Below, in pieces: positions 44,401 to 53,580 of a DNA stretch of 64,000 bases. How positions within the stretch are numbered: the first letter of the stretch is position 1; each line of letters starts with the position of its first letter. Both the position numbers and the translations under genes were made by a program. The stretch lies in assembly GCA_022072125.1 (NCBI GenBank), contig JAJVIH010000016.1, forward strand, positions 29,081-93,080. The letters run 5' to 3'. The notes below the pieces were generated by a model. It was not told the origin of the DNA and ran no database searches. It saw only the letters and a program-made list of their open reading frames with translations. Origin of the DNA: Myxococcota bacterium. GTDB lineage: Bacteria > Myxococcota > JAJVIH01.

Positions 44401-44930
44401 CCCTCCGGGTTGATTTCGATTGGAGTGCATTTGCCCGTCTGGACCACGCAACGCTCGATATCCGGCTTGCAGTCCTTGTCGGATTTGCAGCCGCTGCCCG
44501 GGAATTTGCATACGCCCGACACGCAGGCGCCGTCTGGAGCGCAATCCGCGTCGCCGCTGCACAGGACATTGCCCGAACCATCCACGTCGCGGCAGAAAGA
44601 GGCCACGCATTTCTGATCGGACCGGCACTCGCTGTCCGCCGAACAAGGCACGCCGGCCGCGCCCTGGCAAACGCCGCCTTCACAGGTCTGCCCAGCCGGG
44701 CAGTCCAGGTTGCCGGTGCAGGAGATGGGGCCATCCCCCGGCGCCTCGCAGGTTCCTTCCTTGCAGACCTCGCCTTCGCCGCAGTCGAGGTCCGCCTGGC
44801 AGTTTTTCTGCGTCTGGCGGGGAGTGGGTTTGCCAACGCCCGCGTCGAGAATGCCGCCCGCGTCGCCACATCCCGCAATTCCCAAGGCGATGACCGTCAG
44901 GGCTGAAAATACAATGGAACAGGTCTTCAT
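41412..44930 (-). CDS. Giant multidomain surface lipoprotein, 1172 aa: Cys-rich EGF-like repeats, Ig-like (PapD/ASH-like) beta domains, beta-helix-like segment, Gly-rich collagen-like C-terminus
   Basis: Start taken at MKTCSIVFSALTVIALGIAGC (lipobox); C-x-x-G-x-C repeats; C-terminal about 330 aa is more than 50% Gly with GKDGKDGVPG / GKPGDPVP triplets and G13 runs. Confidence 0.85.
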   Translation of the reverse strand: MKTCSIVFSALTVIALGIAGCGDAGGILDAGVGKPTPRQTQKNCQADLDCGEGEVCKEGTCEAPGDGPISCTGNLDCPAGQTCEGGVCQGAAGVPCSADSECRSDQKCVASFCRDVDGSGNVLCSGDADCAPDGACVSGVCKFPGSGCKSDKDCKPDIERCVVQTGKCTPIEINPEGVLEVSPQVLDFGAVSFGSSSTKQVRISNVGQSKVQLLEVKFESTTSKAFALDPNPVPAAILEPGDVTVFQVVYSPDDEKPDSGTIEVISNAKTPKISVAMASTYKGEVDYNIVQNNASPATVVWPAANGPANHSITFGATDVNKPVNQVFTVKNNGNGTSILGLNEFKVRQTAGTAFDQFQLTFDVVGVNPNAKIPIFLNPGQEVKVTVNFLAQKKGRHDAVIDVKTNDTDIDNNGQPDDGATTITLSAAAGVTPAGLVVDPSKLNFPETLMGQKSEKSLRLTNVSPDESLVVKEVKLAVTSDDFKLINAPTRVDPGQTYEMKVSFEPKQAGLRENKILILTAASPNAVEVPVEGVGSEPKLQITPPAPVDLGKVSIGGKSPPKEIYVQNAGTGTIEIDSISVTKPDPAIVVNGIPTIYPAELVNEAGNKTVLKLTAILQPTKVGAVEAEVTIVHAKFGSGRTVLKLFGEGTGCDKGKVDLDGDPANGCEYACDYVGPDDVPDNDYEDSNCDGVDGLASRDPKNIQAIYVSASGSDGSPGTMDKPKKTIEAGIAAARNIPSKSVYISQGVYNIKNPISLPNGIKLYGGYNQQAAWKRSQTHEVKLISSKPRIMFVQGLTELTVLDHVGLQCQSAFTPGEAAFCVAVGDSKDFLLINKAVIQAGDGADGKPGDPVPANANIGQTGNPGNPQCESGGEKWGIGGIGSLGCASCSRPNVGSGGNGANTGGSGGVPGHKKGGGNAGTPGAGAQPCNPDSGSGPDGAGGCAGGAGSGGSRGGGGGLGARGKDGKDGVPGAMGNGLGSVVNGQWTGGKGGDGEDGQPGGGGGGGGGGGGGCDGDLGWCCADYGGAGGGGGGGGAGGVGGKGGEPGGASAGLFLWNSSPKIEYSTIISGKGGDGGDGSRGGESAKAGTGGAGGSTSYSGNDGGAGGRGGDGGKGGKGGDGGGGGGGPSFAIIQAGSSKPTTLNNQLIPGGGGAGGAGGEQGETGKNGEIGTY

Positions 44931-45177
44931 GTACCGCACGGCGGACCTTTCGATATGACCAGGCCGGACTTCTCGCACCCCCCGGATGACAAAATCCCAG
45001 AATCGAGGTGAAGGGGATATGATATCCGCCACACCTGACTGGCGACCCTCATCACTATAGCCAAACCGGGGAAAGATTGCATCCCCCAGTTGACCGTCCT
45101 TGCGCGTCAAATATGACGCGGCGCGTTATTAATGACTGCCCCCCCTCCCGAAGCGGCCGGGTCACGCCCGGGTTTCA

Positions 45178-45561
45178 TCATGGTTTTTCGGGAGGCGGTT
45201 GCCAGAGTTCCACGCGGCGGCCATCCGGATCGGTGAACCAGCCGAAGCGTCCGAACTCCGACTCTTCCACGTGTTCATCCACCGCTACGCCGCCGGCGCT
45301 GAGTTGGGCGAGCATGGCGTCAAGGTCATCCACCATCAGATTGATCATGAACGGCGAATCGCCCGGGCCAAAATAGGCCGTGTCCTGCGGGAAGGGCGAC
45401 CATACCGAGGCGCGCCGCGCCCCGCCGCCGGACACCCAGGGGAATACGGCGCCATTCCATGCTTCCACTGGCAGCCCCAGGTGCTGCTTGTACCAGGCCG
45501 CCAGCGCCGCCGGATCCCTGGTGCGAAAAAACACTCCGCCAATACCAACCACGCTCGCCAT
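45178..45561 (-). CDS. VOC (glyoxalase/bleomycin-resistance) family protein
   Basis: MASVVGIGGVFFRTRDPAALAAWYKQHLG...GWFTDPDGRRVELWQ. Confidence 0.78.
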   Translation of the reverse strand: MASVVGIGGVFFRTRDPAALAAWYKQHLGLPVEAWNGAVFPWVSGGGARRASVWSPFPQDTAYFGPGDSPFMINLMVDDLDAMLAQLSAGGVAVDEHVEESEFGRFGWFTDPDGRRVELWQPPPEKP

Positions 45562-45664
45562 GACTCCTCCGGGGGATGAGATGAAGATTTTCCGTGTGTG
45601 CAAGAATAGCCGCCCCGCGGGCGCGAAGTCATCTTTGAAGACCTGGCGAATCCCGCGCGCGGGG

Positions 45665-46435
45665 TTATTCCGGTTTTGGGCGCGGTTTCACGACCGGGAC
45701 GCCCATGGCGTCGTAGATTTCCGCCCACATGGGGCTCTTGTGACTGCGCACGCGGATGCCCGCCACCCGGAATTGCACGCCCACATACCAGGTGCGCGGA
45801 CGGAATGGATGGGGAATCCGGTAGAGCGTATCCGGCACGGCCAGCAGGTCCACGTAGGGCATGGTGTGCGGGAGCATCAGCTCCAGATTCTGGTTGGTGA
45901 CCGCGTCGAAAGGTCCGATGGCGAACTGGCGGCGCGGCGCGCGCAAGCCGAATTTGTCGTCGCGGATGCCCGGCGAGGGTTTATCCATCGCCACCGAATA
46001 CAGCCAGGTCGCGCCATCCTGTTCGCGGGTGGGAAGCTCCACCGCCAGTTCCAGCCAGAATTTGAGCGGACGCGGGTCTTCCCTGACAAAGCTGAACTCC
46101 GCGTTGACCTGGCGGGTCAGCGGAAAATGATCAAACAGCAACAACTTGCCGCGCACCTTGCGGAAACGGTCTTCATTGGCCTTCCAGCAGGCGGCGAAGC
46201 CCGGATGTTTTTCCGGCGGACATGGTTTGACCACCGAGTCCACCCACGCCATCAGGCCGCGCACCGACTCGCTGCCAGAACCCCAAAGCAGGAAGTCGCG
46301 ATCCGGCCGGCTGGAGATGTCCACGGTCTTGTTCTTCGGCGCGGACTGGCTGGCGGCGGTTCCGCCCTGCTGGGCGAGAAGCATGGAGGCGGGAAGCAGA
46401 CAGGACAACAGCGCCGCCGCCCCTGCGAGGCCCAT
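45665..46435 (-). CDS. Secreted hypothetical protein
   Basis: Start taken at MGLAGAAALLSCLLPASMLLAQQ signal peptide; no known domain. Confidence 0.6.
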   Translation of the reverse strand: MGLAGAAALLSCLLPASMLLAQQGGTAASQSAPKNKTVDISSRPDRDFLLWGSGSESVRGLMAWVDSVVKPCPPEKHPGFAACWKANEDRFRKVRGKLLLFDHFPLTRQVNAEFSFVREDPRPLKFWLELAVELPTREQDGATWLYSVAMDKPSPGIRDDKFGLRAPRRQFAIGPFDAVTNQNLELMLPHTMPYVDLLAVPDTLYRIPHPFRPRTWYVGVQFRVAGIRVRSHKSPMWAEIYDAMGVPVVKPRPKPE

Positions 46436-46526
46436 TCCGCGGCGTCCCCCGGGAGAGTTCACGCGCGGGCGCGCTTGAGGGACTTGCGGGCCGCGGGTTA
46501 GTGTTTGGCGCTCACCTGGAATCGCC

Positions 46527-49500
46527 ATGCGCAAGAACCTGTTGCTTCCAGTCTGCTTCGGAATATTCATCGCCGCCATCCAGTCGTGTTCGGGATGCCG
46601 TGAAACCGGCGGAGCCCCGCGCGCGCTGCGCGAGGCTAGCACCCAACCGGTCGCCGCCGTCAAGGAAATCCGCGCCCTTGCGGCCGCTGACTGGGGCGCC
46701 GCGGTTGGCGGCTCCGATGGCGTGGTGGCGGGCGTTCCCGCAAACGGATCGGCGCCCTTCGAGTTGCGCGGGCACGCAGCGCCGGTGACCCGGTTGTGCT
46801 TCGCCGCGAATGGCGAGCGGCTGGTTTCACTGGATCAATCCGGCGCCGCCAAGGTCTGGAACATCACATCGAAATCATGGTTGCGGGACCTGGCGCAAAA
46901 GGCCCCGGCCGTCACCGCCATGGCCAGCGAAGACGGATGGGCGGCGGCTGGCGCGGCGACCGGCGATATCACCCTGTGGCGGCCCGGGCCCGGGGGCGCT
47001 CCGGAACGGATCGAGGGACTATCAGCAGGGTCGGCCGTGCGCGCGCTGGCGTTTTCGCCTCGCGCAAAGCTGCTCGCCGCGGGAACCGAGGACGGCGCGT
47101 TGCGCATCCTCGATGTGGAATCGGGGTCGTGGCGGCCCTCCGCGGCCGCCTCCGGACCCGCCATCGCCGCCGTGCGCTTCGTCGAGACAAACGGCGTGAC
47201 GCGGCTCGTGGCGGTGCGGCGCAATGGTGAGTTCGCCTGGGCCGCGCCGGACGCCACGGACTTTCCGTGGCGGTCCTCCGGCCTCGATAAATTGAGCGCC
47301 GCCGCCATCGGCGGGCGCGGTGAAATCGCCGTGGCCCGTGACAGCGATCTGCGCGTATTCTTTCCCTCCGCCAAAAACAGCGGTGACTGGGAGCCGTGGA
47401 CTCTGCCCGCCGCCATTCCCCACGCGGCCGGCATCAGCGCATTGCATGTCTCGGGAGATGGAAAAACCGTTCTCACGGGCGGGCGTGACGGTCTTGTGGG
47501 TGTTTGGGATTCCCGCGGCGACGAGGTGAAAATCGTCTTTCGTGATCACGGCAATGTTGTAAGCGCCCTCGCCATGGACCCCCAGGGCAAGGTGATCGCC
47601 AGCGCGTCGGCGGATGGACAGATGATCTTCTGGCGGCTCAAGGGCGAGTTGCTGATCCTCAAGGCGAAGGCGGCGGGACCGCTCGCCGCACTGACGTTCG
47701 CAGCGCCGGACCGGGTGATTTCCGGCGGCGCCAGCGGCGAGATCGCGGCGTGGGATGTCTCCCTGACCCTGCCCGAATTGTACATGCGCCGGTACGTGCC
47801 CAGCGACTACCAGTACGCCTGCGCCAGCGGCGGCCAAATCATCGCGGCGGGGGATGGCTCGCGCAATGTGTGGCTGTGGGACAAGGACAACAACCGCATT
47901 CGCGTCATGCTCAAGGGTCTGACGGGGGCGGTGACGGCGATGGCGCTCAATCAGGCCGGGACAAAACTGGCGCTCGCCACCGGAGACGGGAAGCTTTGGA
48001 CATTCAATCCGGGAGATGGACAGCAGTTGCGCGAGGCGCCGCTGGTCACGTTGTCCCAACATGCGTTGAGTTCGGCTTTGATCCACCGCCTGGCGGCGGC
48101 GGGAGACTGGGTGATCGCCGCCGGTCCGCGTCATGTATGGGTGTGGAACAGCGCCGCCTCTTCCGTGAACGTGGTGGAGTCTCCCGGGGCGGCGGGCGGG
48201 CCGGTGGACGTGGCGGTTTCCGGCGATTCATCCGCCGCCATCCTGCACGACCGGCACGTGCGGCTTCTGGACCCGGCCAAACCGCCGCAAATACAAACCA
48301 TTGTATTGCCCAGGAGCGGCGCCAGCCGCATCGCGCTGGCGCCCGGCGGCGGCTTTGTCGTGGGGTTCGGCGATGGCGCGGTCGAACGCTACAACGCCAA
48401 AGGGATGGCGGCGGGCGGTTGCAAGGGGCTGACTGGTCCCGTGTTGCGCTTGGCGGTTTCCGCCACGGCCATCGCCGCCTCAACCGCCGGCGACGAGATG
48501 CGCTGGCCGGTCACGTGCGGCGCGGGCAAGCTGGCGCAGGCGCCCAGCGACATGGCGGCCGCGTGCCGTTATCAGAATGGACATTTGGTCGAGACCTCTC
48601 CGGCGCTGCTCGATTCCTTGCGCACCGAGGAGCCGCAACTGTTTGAACTGGTCGAGCCGCGGCGCCGGGAATTCACCGCGGCCGCGGCCGGGTCCAGCGG
48701 CATGGGCGGACAAATGGTGCTTGTCGCGTCGGCAGCCGGCGAGGTTTCCGTGCGCGACGCCGCCGCCGGCCGCGTGATCAACGCCTGGCCGCATTCCTCT
48801 CCGCGCACCGCCGCTTTGTCCGTGCCGCGCGCGCCCATCTTCGTGGTGGGATCGGAAGACGGCGCGTTGCAGGTGCTCGACGCCAGCACCGGCAAGGATC
48901 GCGTGTTCACCCAGACGGGGCGCGGCGGCGTGCGCGCCATGGCGGCCGGGCCCGATCAGTTCGCCGTGCTCTACGAAAAGGGCGTGGCCCTGCGCGCCTT
49001 CGCCACCCTCGCCGAAACCGCGTGGGCGCCGCTCGAAGGCGTGAACGCGATCAGCGTGGCGGCCGGCAAGGACATGGTTTGGGTGGGAGATGACAAGGGC
49101 GCCATCCACCCCATTGGGGTCAATGGAGAAAAATCCCGTCCCGTGCAGGCGGGAAACGCGCCCATCCGCGCCCTCGCCGCCGGGAAGGATGGCGTATTGT
49201 GGGCGGGCGACAACGCCGGTTTCCTGTGGCGGATTCCCGCCAGCGGCGCGCCGGAAAAATTCCCGCTGGATTCCACGGCCGTCACCGGGCTTCAGTTGGT
49301 CTGGAATGATCAATGGCTGATCGCGCTGACTTCCAGCGGCAAACTGCTGGCGTGGGACATCGCCCAATCGGTCATCCGGTTTGAAAAAACCGGCCTGGGC
49401 GGTCACAGCGATGTGCTGGCGGTCAGCGCGGACAACGCCTGGGTCATCAACGCCGGGCAGACGGGAGCGCAGGTCTGGCGGCTGAGCCGCGGCGAATTTC

Positions 49501-50090
49501 TTGCTTCATTGAAGGAGAGCGCGCCCATCTTCGCCGGGCTGGCCTGCCATCCCGCCCAGCCCGTCGCCTGGGTGGTCACCTCGCGCGATGAACTGTGGGA
49601 ATATCAACTGGATAGCGGTCAGGCCGGTGTCAACAAGAGTTTTTCCGGGGCGATACTGCGGCGCAACAAGGAAGAAGAGGAAGCCGCCTGGTCAGTGAGC
49701 ATCAACGGGGCCGTCATACCGGTTGACAGGGATTCCATGTCCGGGATCGGGGAGCGCAAACAGACCCGTATGCGGGCCGGCATGGGGGACGTGATCACAA
49801 CCATTCACCAAAAGGGCGATAGCTGGGTCTGGTCCCACCCCGCGCTTCCGGAGGAAGGCCTGAAGGTGTTTCCCGCGGGCGCACGGCTGTTGGCCTATGA
49901 CTGCGGTGGAAAGGATGCCTGCACCGCCGTGGCCACGGATCGGGTGGTGTGGCTGAAGGCGGCGCCCCAGGCGTCGTCCGTGACGAGACCGTTGCCCCGT
50001 CCCGCCATCCTGGCCCGGATTCATGGCGACCGGCTTTTCGCCGCCGGGGCGCCCAATATCGTGACGGTTTATCCGTTGCAGGCGGATTGA
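46527..50090 (+). CDS. Giant WD40/beta-propeller repeat lipoprotein, 1187 aa
   Basis: Lipoprotein signal peptide MRKNLLLPVCFGIFIAAIQSC; repeated WD-like ...GHxxxVxxLAFSPxGxxLAxGxxDGxLRIWD patterns throughout. Confidence 0.85.
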   Translation: MRKNLLLPVCFGIFIAAIQSCSGCRETGGAPRALREASTQPVAAVKEIRALAAADWGAAVGGSDGVVAGVPANGSAPFELRGHAAPVTRLCFAANGERLVSLDQSGAAKVWNITSKSWLRDLAQKAPAVTAMASEDGWAAAGAATGDITLWRPGPGGAPERIEGLSAGSAVRALAFSPRAKLLAAGTEDGALRILDVESGSWRPSAAASGPAIAAVRFVETNGVTRLVAVRRNGEFAWAAPDATDFPWRSSGLDKLSAAAIGGRGEIAVARDSDLRVFFPSAKNSGDWEPWTLPAAIPHAAGISALHVSGDGKTVLTGGRDGLVGVWDSRGDEVKIVFRDHGNVVSALAMDPQGKVIASASADGQMIFWRLKGELLILKAKAAGPLAALTFAAPDRVISGGASGEIAAWDVSLTLPELYMRRYVPSDYQYACASGGQIIAAGDGSRNVWLWDKDNNRIRVMLKGLTGAVTAMALNQAGTKLALATGDGKLWTFNPGDGQQLREAPLVTLSQHALSSALIHRLAAAGDWVIAAGPRHVWVWNSAASSVNVVESPGAAGGPVDVAVSGDSSAAILHDRHVRLLDPAKPPQIQTIVLPRSGASRIALAPGGGFVVGFGDGAVERYNAKGMAAGGCKGLTGPVLRLAVSATAIAASTAGDEMRWPVTCGAGKLAQAPSDMAAACRYQNGHLVETSPALLDSLRTEEPQLFELVEPRRREFTAAAAGSSGMGGQMVLVASAAGEVSVRDAAAGRVINAWPHSSPRTAALSVPRAPIFVVGSEDGALQVLDASTGKDRVFTQTGRGGVRAMAAGPDQFAVLYEKGVALRAFATLAETAWAPLEGVNAISVAAGKDMVWVGDDKGAIHPIGVNGEKSRPVQAGNAPIRALAAGKDGVLWAGDNAGFLWRIPASGAPEKFPLDSTAVTGLQLVWNDQWLIALTSSGKLLAWDIAQSVIRFEKTGLGGHSDVLAVSADNAWVINAGQTGAQVWRLSRGEFLASLKESAPIFAGLACHPAQPVAWVVTSRDELWEYQLDSGQAGVNKSFSGAILRRNKEEEEAAWSVSINGAVIPVDRDSMSGIGERKQTRMRAGMGDVITTIHQKGDSWVWSHPALPEEGLKVFPAGARLLAYDCGGKDACTAVATDRVVWLKAAPQASSVTRPLPRPAILARIHGDRLFAAGAPNIVTVYPLQAD

Positions 50091-50258
50091 ATGACCGGCG
50101 CGCCGTTGCGGCGCAAGAACCCGGGAGTGGACCTGTTCAACGCCTGAACCCGCCGTTCGTCCACGGCGGATATGCAAGGAGGGCCAGGCGCGCGCTTCAC
50201 GGGGCGCGGGCGAATGCGTCCAATTGCGGTCCGGGGGACCGGACGCTAGATTGCCGCC

Positions 50259-51443
50259 ATGCGTGACCCGCTCATCATCGGCTCCCGGGGGAGCGATTTG
50301 GCGTTATGGCAGGCGCGGAGCGTGGCCTCGGCGCTGCAATCGCAACTGGGCCTGCGCGCCGGATTGCAGATTATCAAAACCCAGGGCGATCAGATTGATC
50401 ACCTTCCGCTCAACAAACTCGAAGGCAAGGGATTCTTCACCAAGGAACTGGAGGAAGCCCTGCTCGCGGGCCGCGTGGATATCGCCGTCCATTCGCTGAA
50501 GGATTTGCCCGTGGAACAGCCGCCCGGCCTGGTCATCGCGGCGATTCCGGAACGGCACGATCCCGGCGAACTGCTGCTGTTCCGGCCCGATGTGTTTGAT
50601 CCCGCCAATCCATGGCTGCCCATCCGCGCGGGATCGCGGGTGGCCACTTCATCGCCGCGCCGCGAGGAGCAGTTGAAGGAAATGGGATTCGCCTGCACGG
50701 GCATGCGGGGCAATGTTCCCACGCGTATCCGCAAGCTGCGGGACGGCGCCGCGGACGCCCTGTTGCTGGCCGTCGCCGGCGTGGAGCGGCTGGGGCTGAA
50801 CTTGTGCGGGCTGGGCGCGGCCAACGCCAGCGCAGGCCCCGGTTCCGTTTCCGGCGGCGTGATACCGGCGCCGGGGCAAGGCGCCCTGGCCATCCAGATC
50901 CGTCAAAGCGACGGAGCTCTGTTCAAGGCGCTGCAAGGGCTGGATCACATGGAAACCCGTTTGTGCGTGACCGCGGAGCGGCTCTTGTTGTCGCGCCTGG
51001 GCGGCGGATGTCACCTTCCGCTGGGTGCGCGGATTCGCCCTGGCGCCGGGGCATGGACCGCGCAGGCCGCCGTGTACACGGCGGGGCTTTCAGGCCGTTG
51101 CGCCTTCACCACGAACGCCAACTGGCCGCGGCGCGCGGAAGAGGCCGGGGTGGACCGCGCCGCGGCGGAGCTGGCGGATGAAATGGAACACCAGTTGCGG
51201 AACAAGGCCGGACCGCTTTCCGCGCCGGACCCCGCCAGTTCGCGTCAGACCGTCCTGATGGCGGGAGAGTCCCTGCCGGCGGAAGAGGTGTTCCGCCGCT
51301 TTCACCAGGGCGCCTGCGTGGTGTGGCGCGCCTCGGTTGATCCCTGGCCTTTTGGCGAGGCGTTCTTCGATGAGGCCCTGGCGGCGGACGCGCAGGCGGC
51401 GGATATCATCCGCGCCCATGCCCGGCGGGTGCGGGTGGCGTGA
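50259..51443 (+). CDS. hemC: Hydroxymethylbilane synthase (porphobilinogen deaminase) with an about 80-aa C-terminal extension
   Basis: IGSRGSDLALWQA...GNVPTRIRKL...LSRLGGGCHLPLGA HemC core; 394 aa versus a usual length near 310. Confidence 0.88.
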   Translation: MRDPLIIGSRGSDLALWQARSVASALQSQLGLRAGLQIIKTQGDQIDHLPLNKLEGKGFFTKELEEALLAGRVDIAVHSLKDLPVEQPPGLVIAAIPERHDPGELLLFRPDVFDPANPWLPIRAGSRVATSSPRREEQLKEMGFACTGMRGNVPTRIRKLRDGAADALLLAVAGVERLGLNLCGLGAANASAGPGSVSGGVIPAPGQGALAIQIRQSDGALFKALQGLDHMETRLCVTAERLLLSRLGGGCHLPLGARIRPGAGAWTAQAAVYTAGLSGRCAFTTNANWPRRAEEAGVDRAAAELADEMEHQLRNKAGPLSAPDPASSRQTVLMAGESLPAEEVFRRFHQGACVVWRASVDPWPFGEAFFDEALAADAQAADIIRAHARRVRVA

Positions 51444-51519
51444 CCCCGCTGCCCGGTGAAGCGGGCTTGCGGACACAGTCCCTGCGCAATCCCGGCAAGT
51501 TTGCAATCCATCCTTCCCT

Positions 51520-51700
51520 CCATTAGGTTGGTTTTCACGCCCTGACATGTCGTCAGGACGTGGGAGGAAGCCGGTGCGAATCCGGCGCTGACCCGCAACC
51601 GTGAGTTCTGTTTCCGACAGAACAAGCCGGGAACTCCTTCACTGCAACTCCCTCGTGGTCTGGGGCAGGCAGAATCCGCATTCAGCGCCGCATGGCCGTG
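51520..51700 (+). ncRNA. Cobalamin (B12) riboswitch candidate
   Basis: Core GGGAGGAAGCCGGTGCGAATCCGGCGCTGACCCGCAACCGTGAG matches the consensus AGGGAA..GGTG.AA.TCC..GC.G.CCCGC.AC.GT.A; B12-box-like TTCACTG and GGGGCAGG downstream; in the 5' leader of the 51785 gene. Confidence 0.6.
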
Positions 51701-51784
51701 CCGTCAGGCCGGCCGGCGCCATCCGGTTTCTCTCCACAAACACGATGGGGTTTCTCACGCGACCCTTCTCTGGAGGAAGCCGAG

Positions 51785-52816
51785 ATGACCCATCCCAAGT
51801 CCGTTCATTCCATTTCCCTTGCCGTGCTGCTGGCGCTTTCCTGCTGGCTGGCCGGCTGTTCCGGCGACGCCGCGTCTTCCGATGGCGGATCAAACGCCGG
51901 CGGCGCCGGCCCCAAGGACGCCTCGCCGCCGCCGGATGCGGGCCCCGCCGATGGCGCCTTATCTGACAGCGCCCCGGCGGACGCCGCTCCAGGCGATGTG
52001 GCTGCAACTGACACGGCGCCTGGCGACGCCCAGCCGGCGGATGCGGGCGCGCCAGATGCGAATCCAGTGGACGCCGGCCCCGCGGATACGGCGCCCGCCG
52101 ATGCGCAGCCCACCGACACCCAGCCCGGCGATGGCGGTCCGGCGACGGCCCCGGGGCTGGCGATTGCGGGCGTTTACGCCAACAGTTTCGGCGGCTACGA
52201 GGAAATCACCAGCGCCCTGTGGAACGATACGCCCATCGTCGAGTTCGATAACAACAAGCGCGTGGTCTATACCCGGAATCCAGCGGATGCGAAGTTCAGC
52301 CCGGGCAAATTCAACAAGATCGTATTCACGGTTCCGGGCGGCGCATCGTTCCATTACTGCTTCGCGGACTTTGGCCTTGACTCGCTGGAGGCGGCGAAGG
52401 CGTCATCCAAGGCCGTGGACGAAAGCGATCCGGACAAGAAAGGCTGCGGCGGATTCTCCTGGACCAAATTGACCGCCACGGATCCGATTGAAATCGCCGG
52501 AACCTGGTCCAGCAATTTCGGCGGCGAGGAGATCATCCGCAGCATCCGCTGGGGCAAGGCGTCCATCAAACTCTTCGATAACGGGTCCAACACCGCCTAC
52601 ACGCAGAATCCGGAAGACGCCCCGGCCGGAGCCAGGAAATTCAGCAAGCTGGTCTGGACCGAACCGGTGGGCGGCGTTTTCCACTACTGCACGGTGGATT
52701 TCAACCTGGACACCCTCGCCGCGGCGCAGGCTTCGGCCAAAACCGCCGATCCATCCAACCCTGAAAAGGGAGGCTGCGGCGGGTTCTCCTGGACCAAACT
52801 CAACAGGAAAAACTGA
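51785..52816 (+). CDS. Lipoprotein with two tandem ~100-aa repeats of an unrecognised domain
   Basis: ATG with GGAGGA RBS; lipobox LAGC; PADA-rich linker; repeats IAGVYANSFGG...FHYCFADFGLDSLEAAKAS...KKGCGGFSWTKL and IAGTWSSNFGG...FHYCTVDFNLDTLAAAQAS...KGGCGGFSWTKL. Confidence 0.78.
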   Translation: MTHPKSVHSISLAVLLALSCWLAGCSGDAASSDGGSNAGGAGPKDASPPPDAGPADGALSDSAPADAAPGDVAATDTAPGDAQPADAGAPDANPVDAGPADTAPADAQPTDTQPGDGGPATAPGLAIAGVYANSFGGYEEITSALWNDTPIVEFDNNKRVVYTRNPADAKFSPGKFNKIVFTVPGGASFHYCFADFGLDSLEAAKASSKAVDESDPDKKGCGGFSWTKLTATDPIEIAGTWSSNFGGEEIIRSIRWGKASIKLFDNGSNTAYTQNPEDAPAGARKFSKLVWTEPVGGVFHYCTVDFNLDTLAAAQASAKTADPSNPEKGGCGGFSWTKLNRKN

Positions 52817-53580
52817 TGCGCCATCTGTATTTCTGCGCCGCGGCCCTGTGGCTGGCGGCCTGCGGGGAAAACATCATCCCAACCGTCCACTCCACCCCCG
52901 ATGCATCCATGGCGGATGCATCGGGGCCGTCCGGTGATGCGGGTTCCGCGGACGCCGCGGTTTCCGGCGGCGATGCTTCCGCCGGGTCTGGCGGGGAGGC
53001 GGACGCCGGCGCCACCCCCGCGCGCAAGGCCAGTCCCCACGCGGGGCGGGTGGCCGGATACAAGCCCGGCGAGGGAGCGGGCTTTGGCCAGGACAAAATG
53101 CCGGACATCGTGCTGGGGCCGCCGCAGGGCGCCGGACCCGAAGCCGGCAGCCTGCATGTCCTCTCCCTCGGCAAAAATGGTCATATCGTTCTTGAATTCG
53201 TGGATATGGTGATGGTGGATGGCCCGGGACCCGACCTGCTGGTCTTTGAAAACGCCTTTCCGGCCTATCAGGAGACGGGCGTGGTGGCCGTCAGCGATGA
53301 TGGCCGGAACTGGTCCGAATGGCCTTGCGCCGCAACGGATAAGGAGAACCGCTTCCCGGGCTGCGCGGGGGTGAACCCGGTGCTGAGTTCGCCGGACAAC
53401 GGCGTTCCGGCGAACGATCCCCGGCAATCCGGCGGGGACGCCTTTGATCTGGCGGAATTGGGTGTGAAGCGGGCGCGTTTTGTGCGCATCCGGGACAGCG
53501 GATACAACAGCTACGAGGGAATCAGCGGCGGCTTCGATCTGGACGCCGTGGCCATCATCAACGGCGAGCCGGTGAAATGA
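52816..53580 (+). CDS. Hypothetical lipoprotein (beta-rich)
   Basis: Lipobox LAAC; Asp/Ala/Gly-rich linker; 1-nt overlap with the upstream gene. Confidence 0.78.
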   Translation: MRHLYFCAAALWLAACGENIIPTVHSTPDASMADASGPSGDAGSADAAVSGGDASAGSGGEADAGATPARKASPHAGRVAGYKPGEGAGFGQDKMPDIVLGPPQGAGPEAGSLHVLSLGKNGHIVLEFVDMVMVDGPGPDLLVFENAFPAYQETGVVAVSDDGRNWSEWPCAATDKENRFPGCAGVNPVLSSPDNGVPANDPRQSGGDAFDLAELGVKRARFVRIRDSGYNSYEGISGGFDLDAVAIINGEPVK

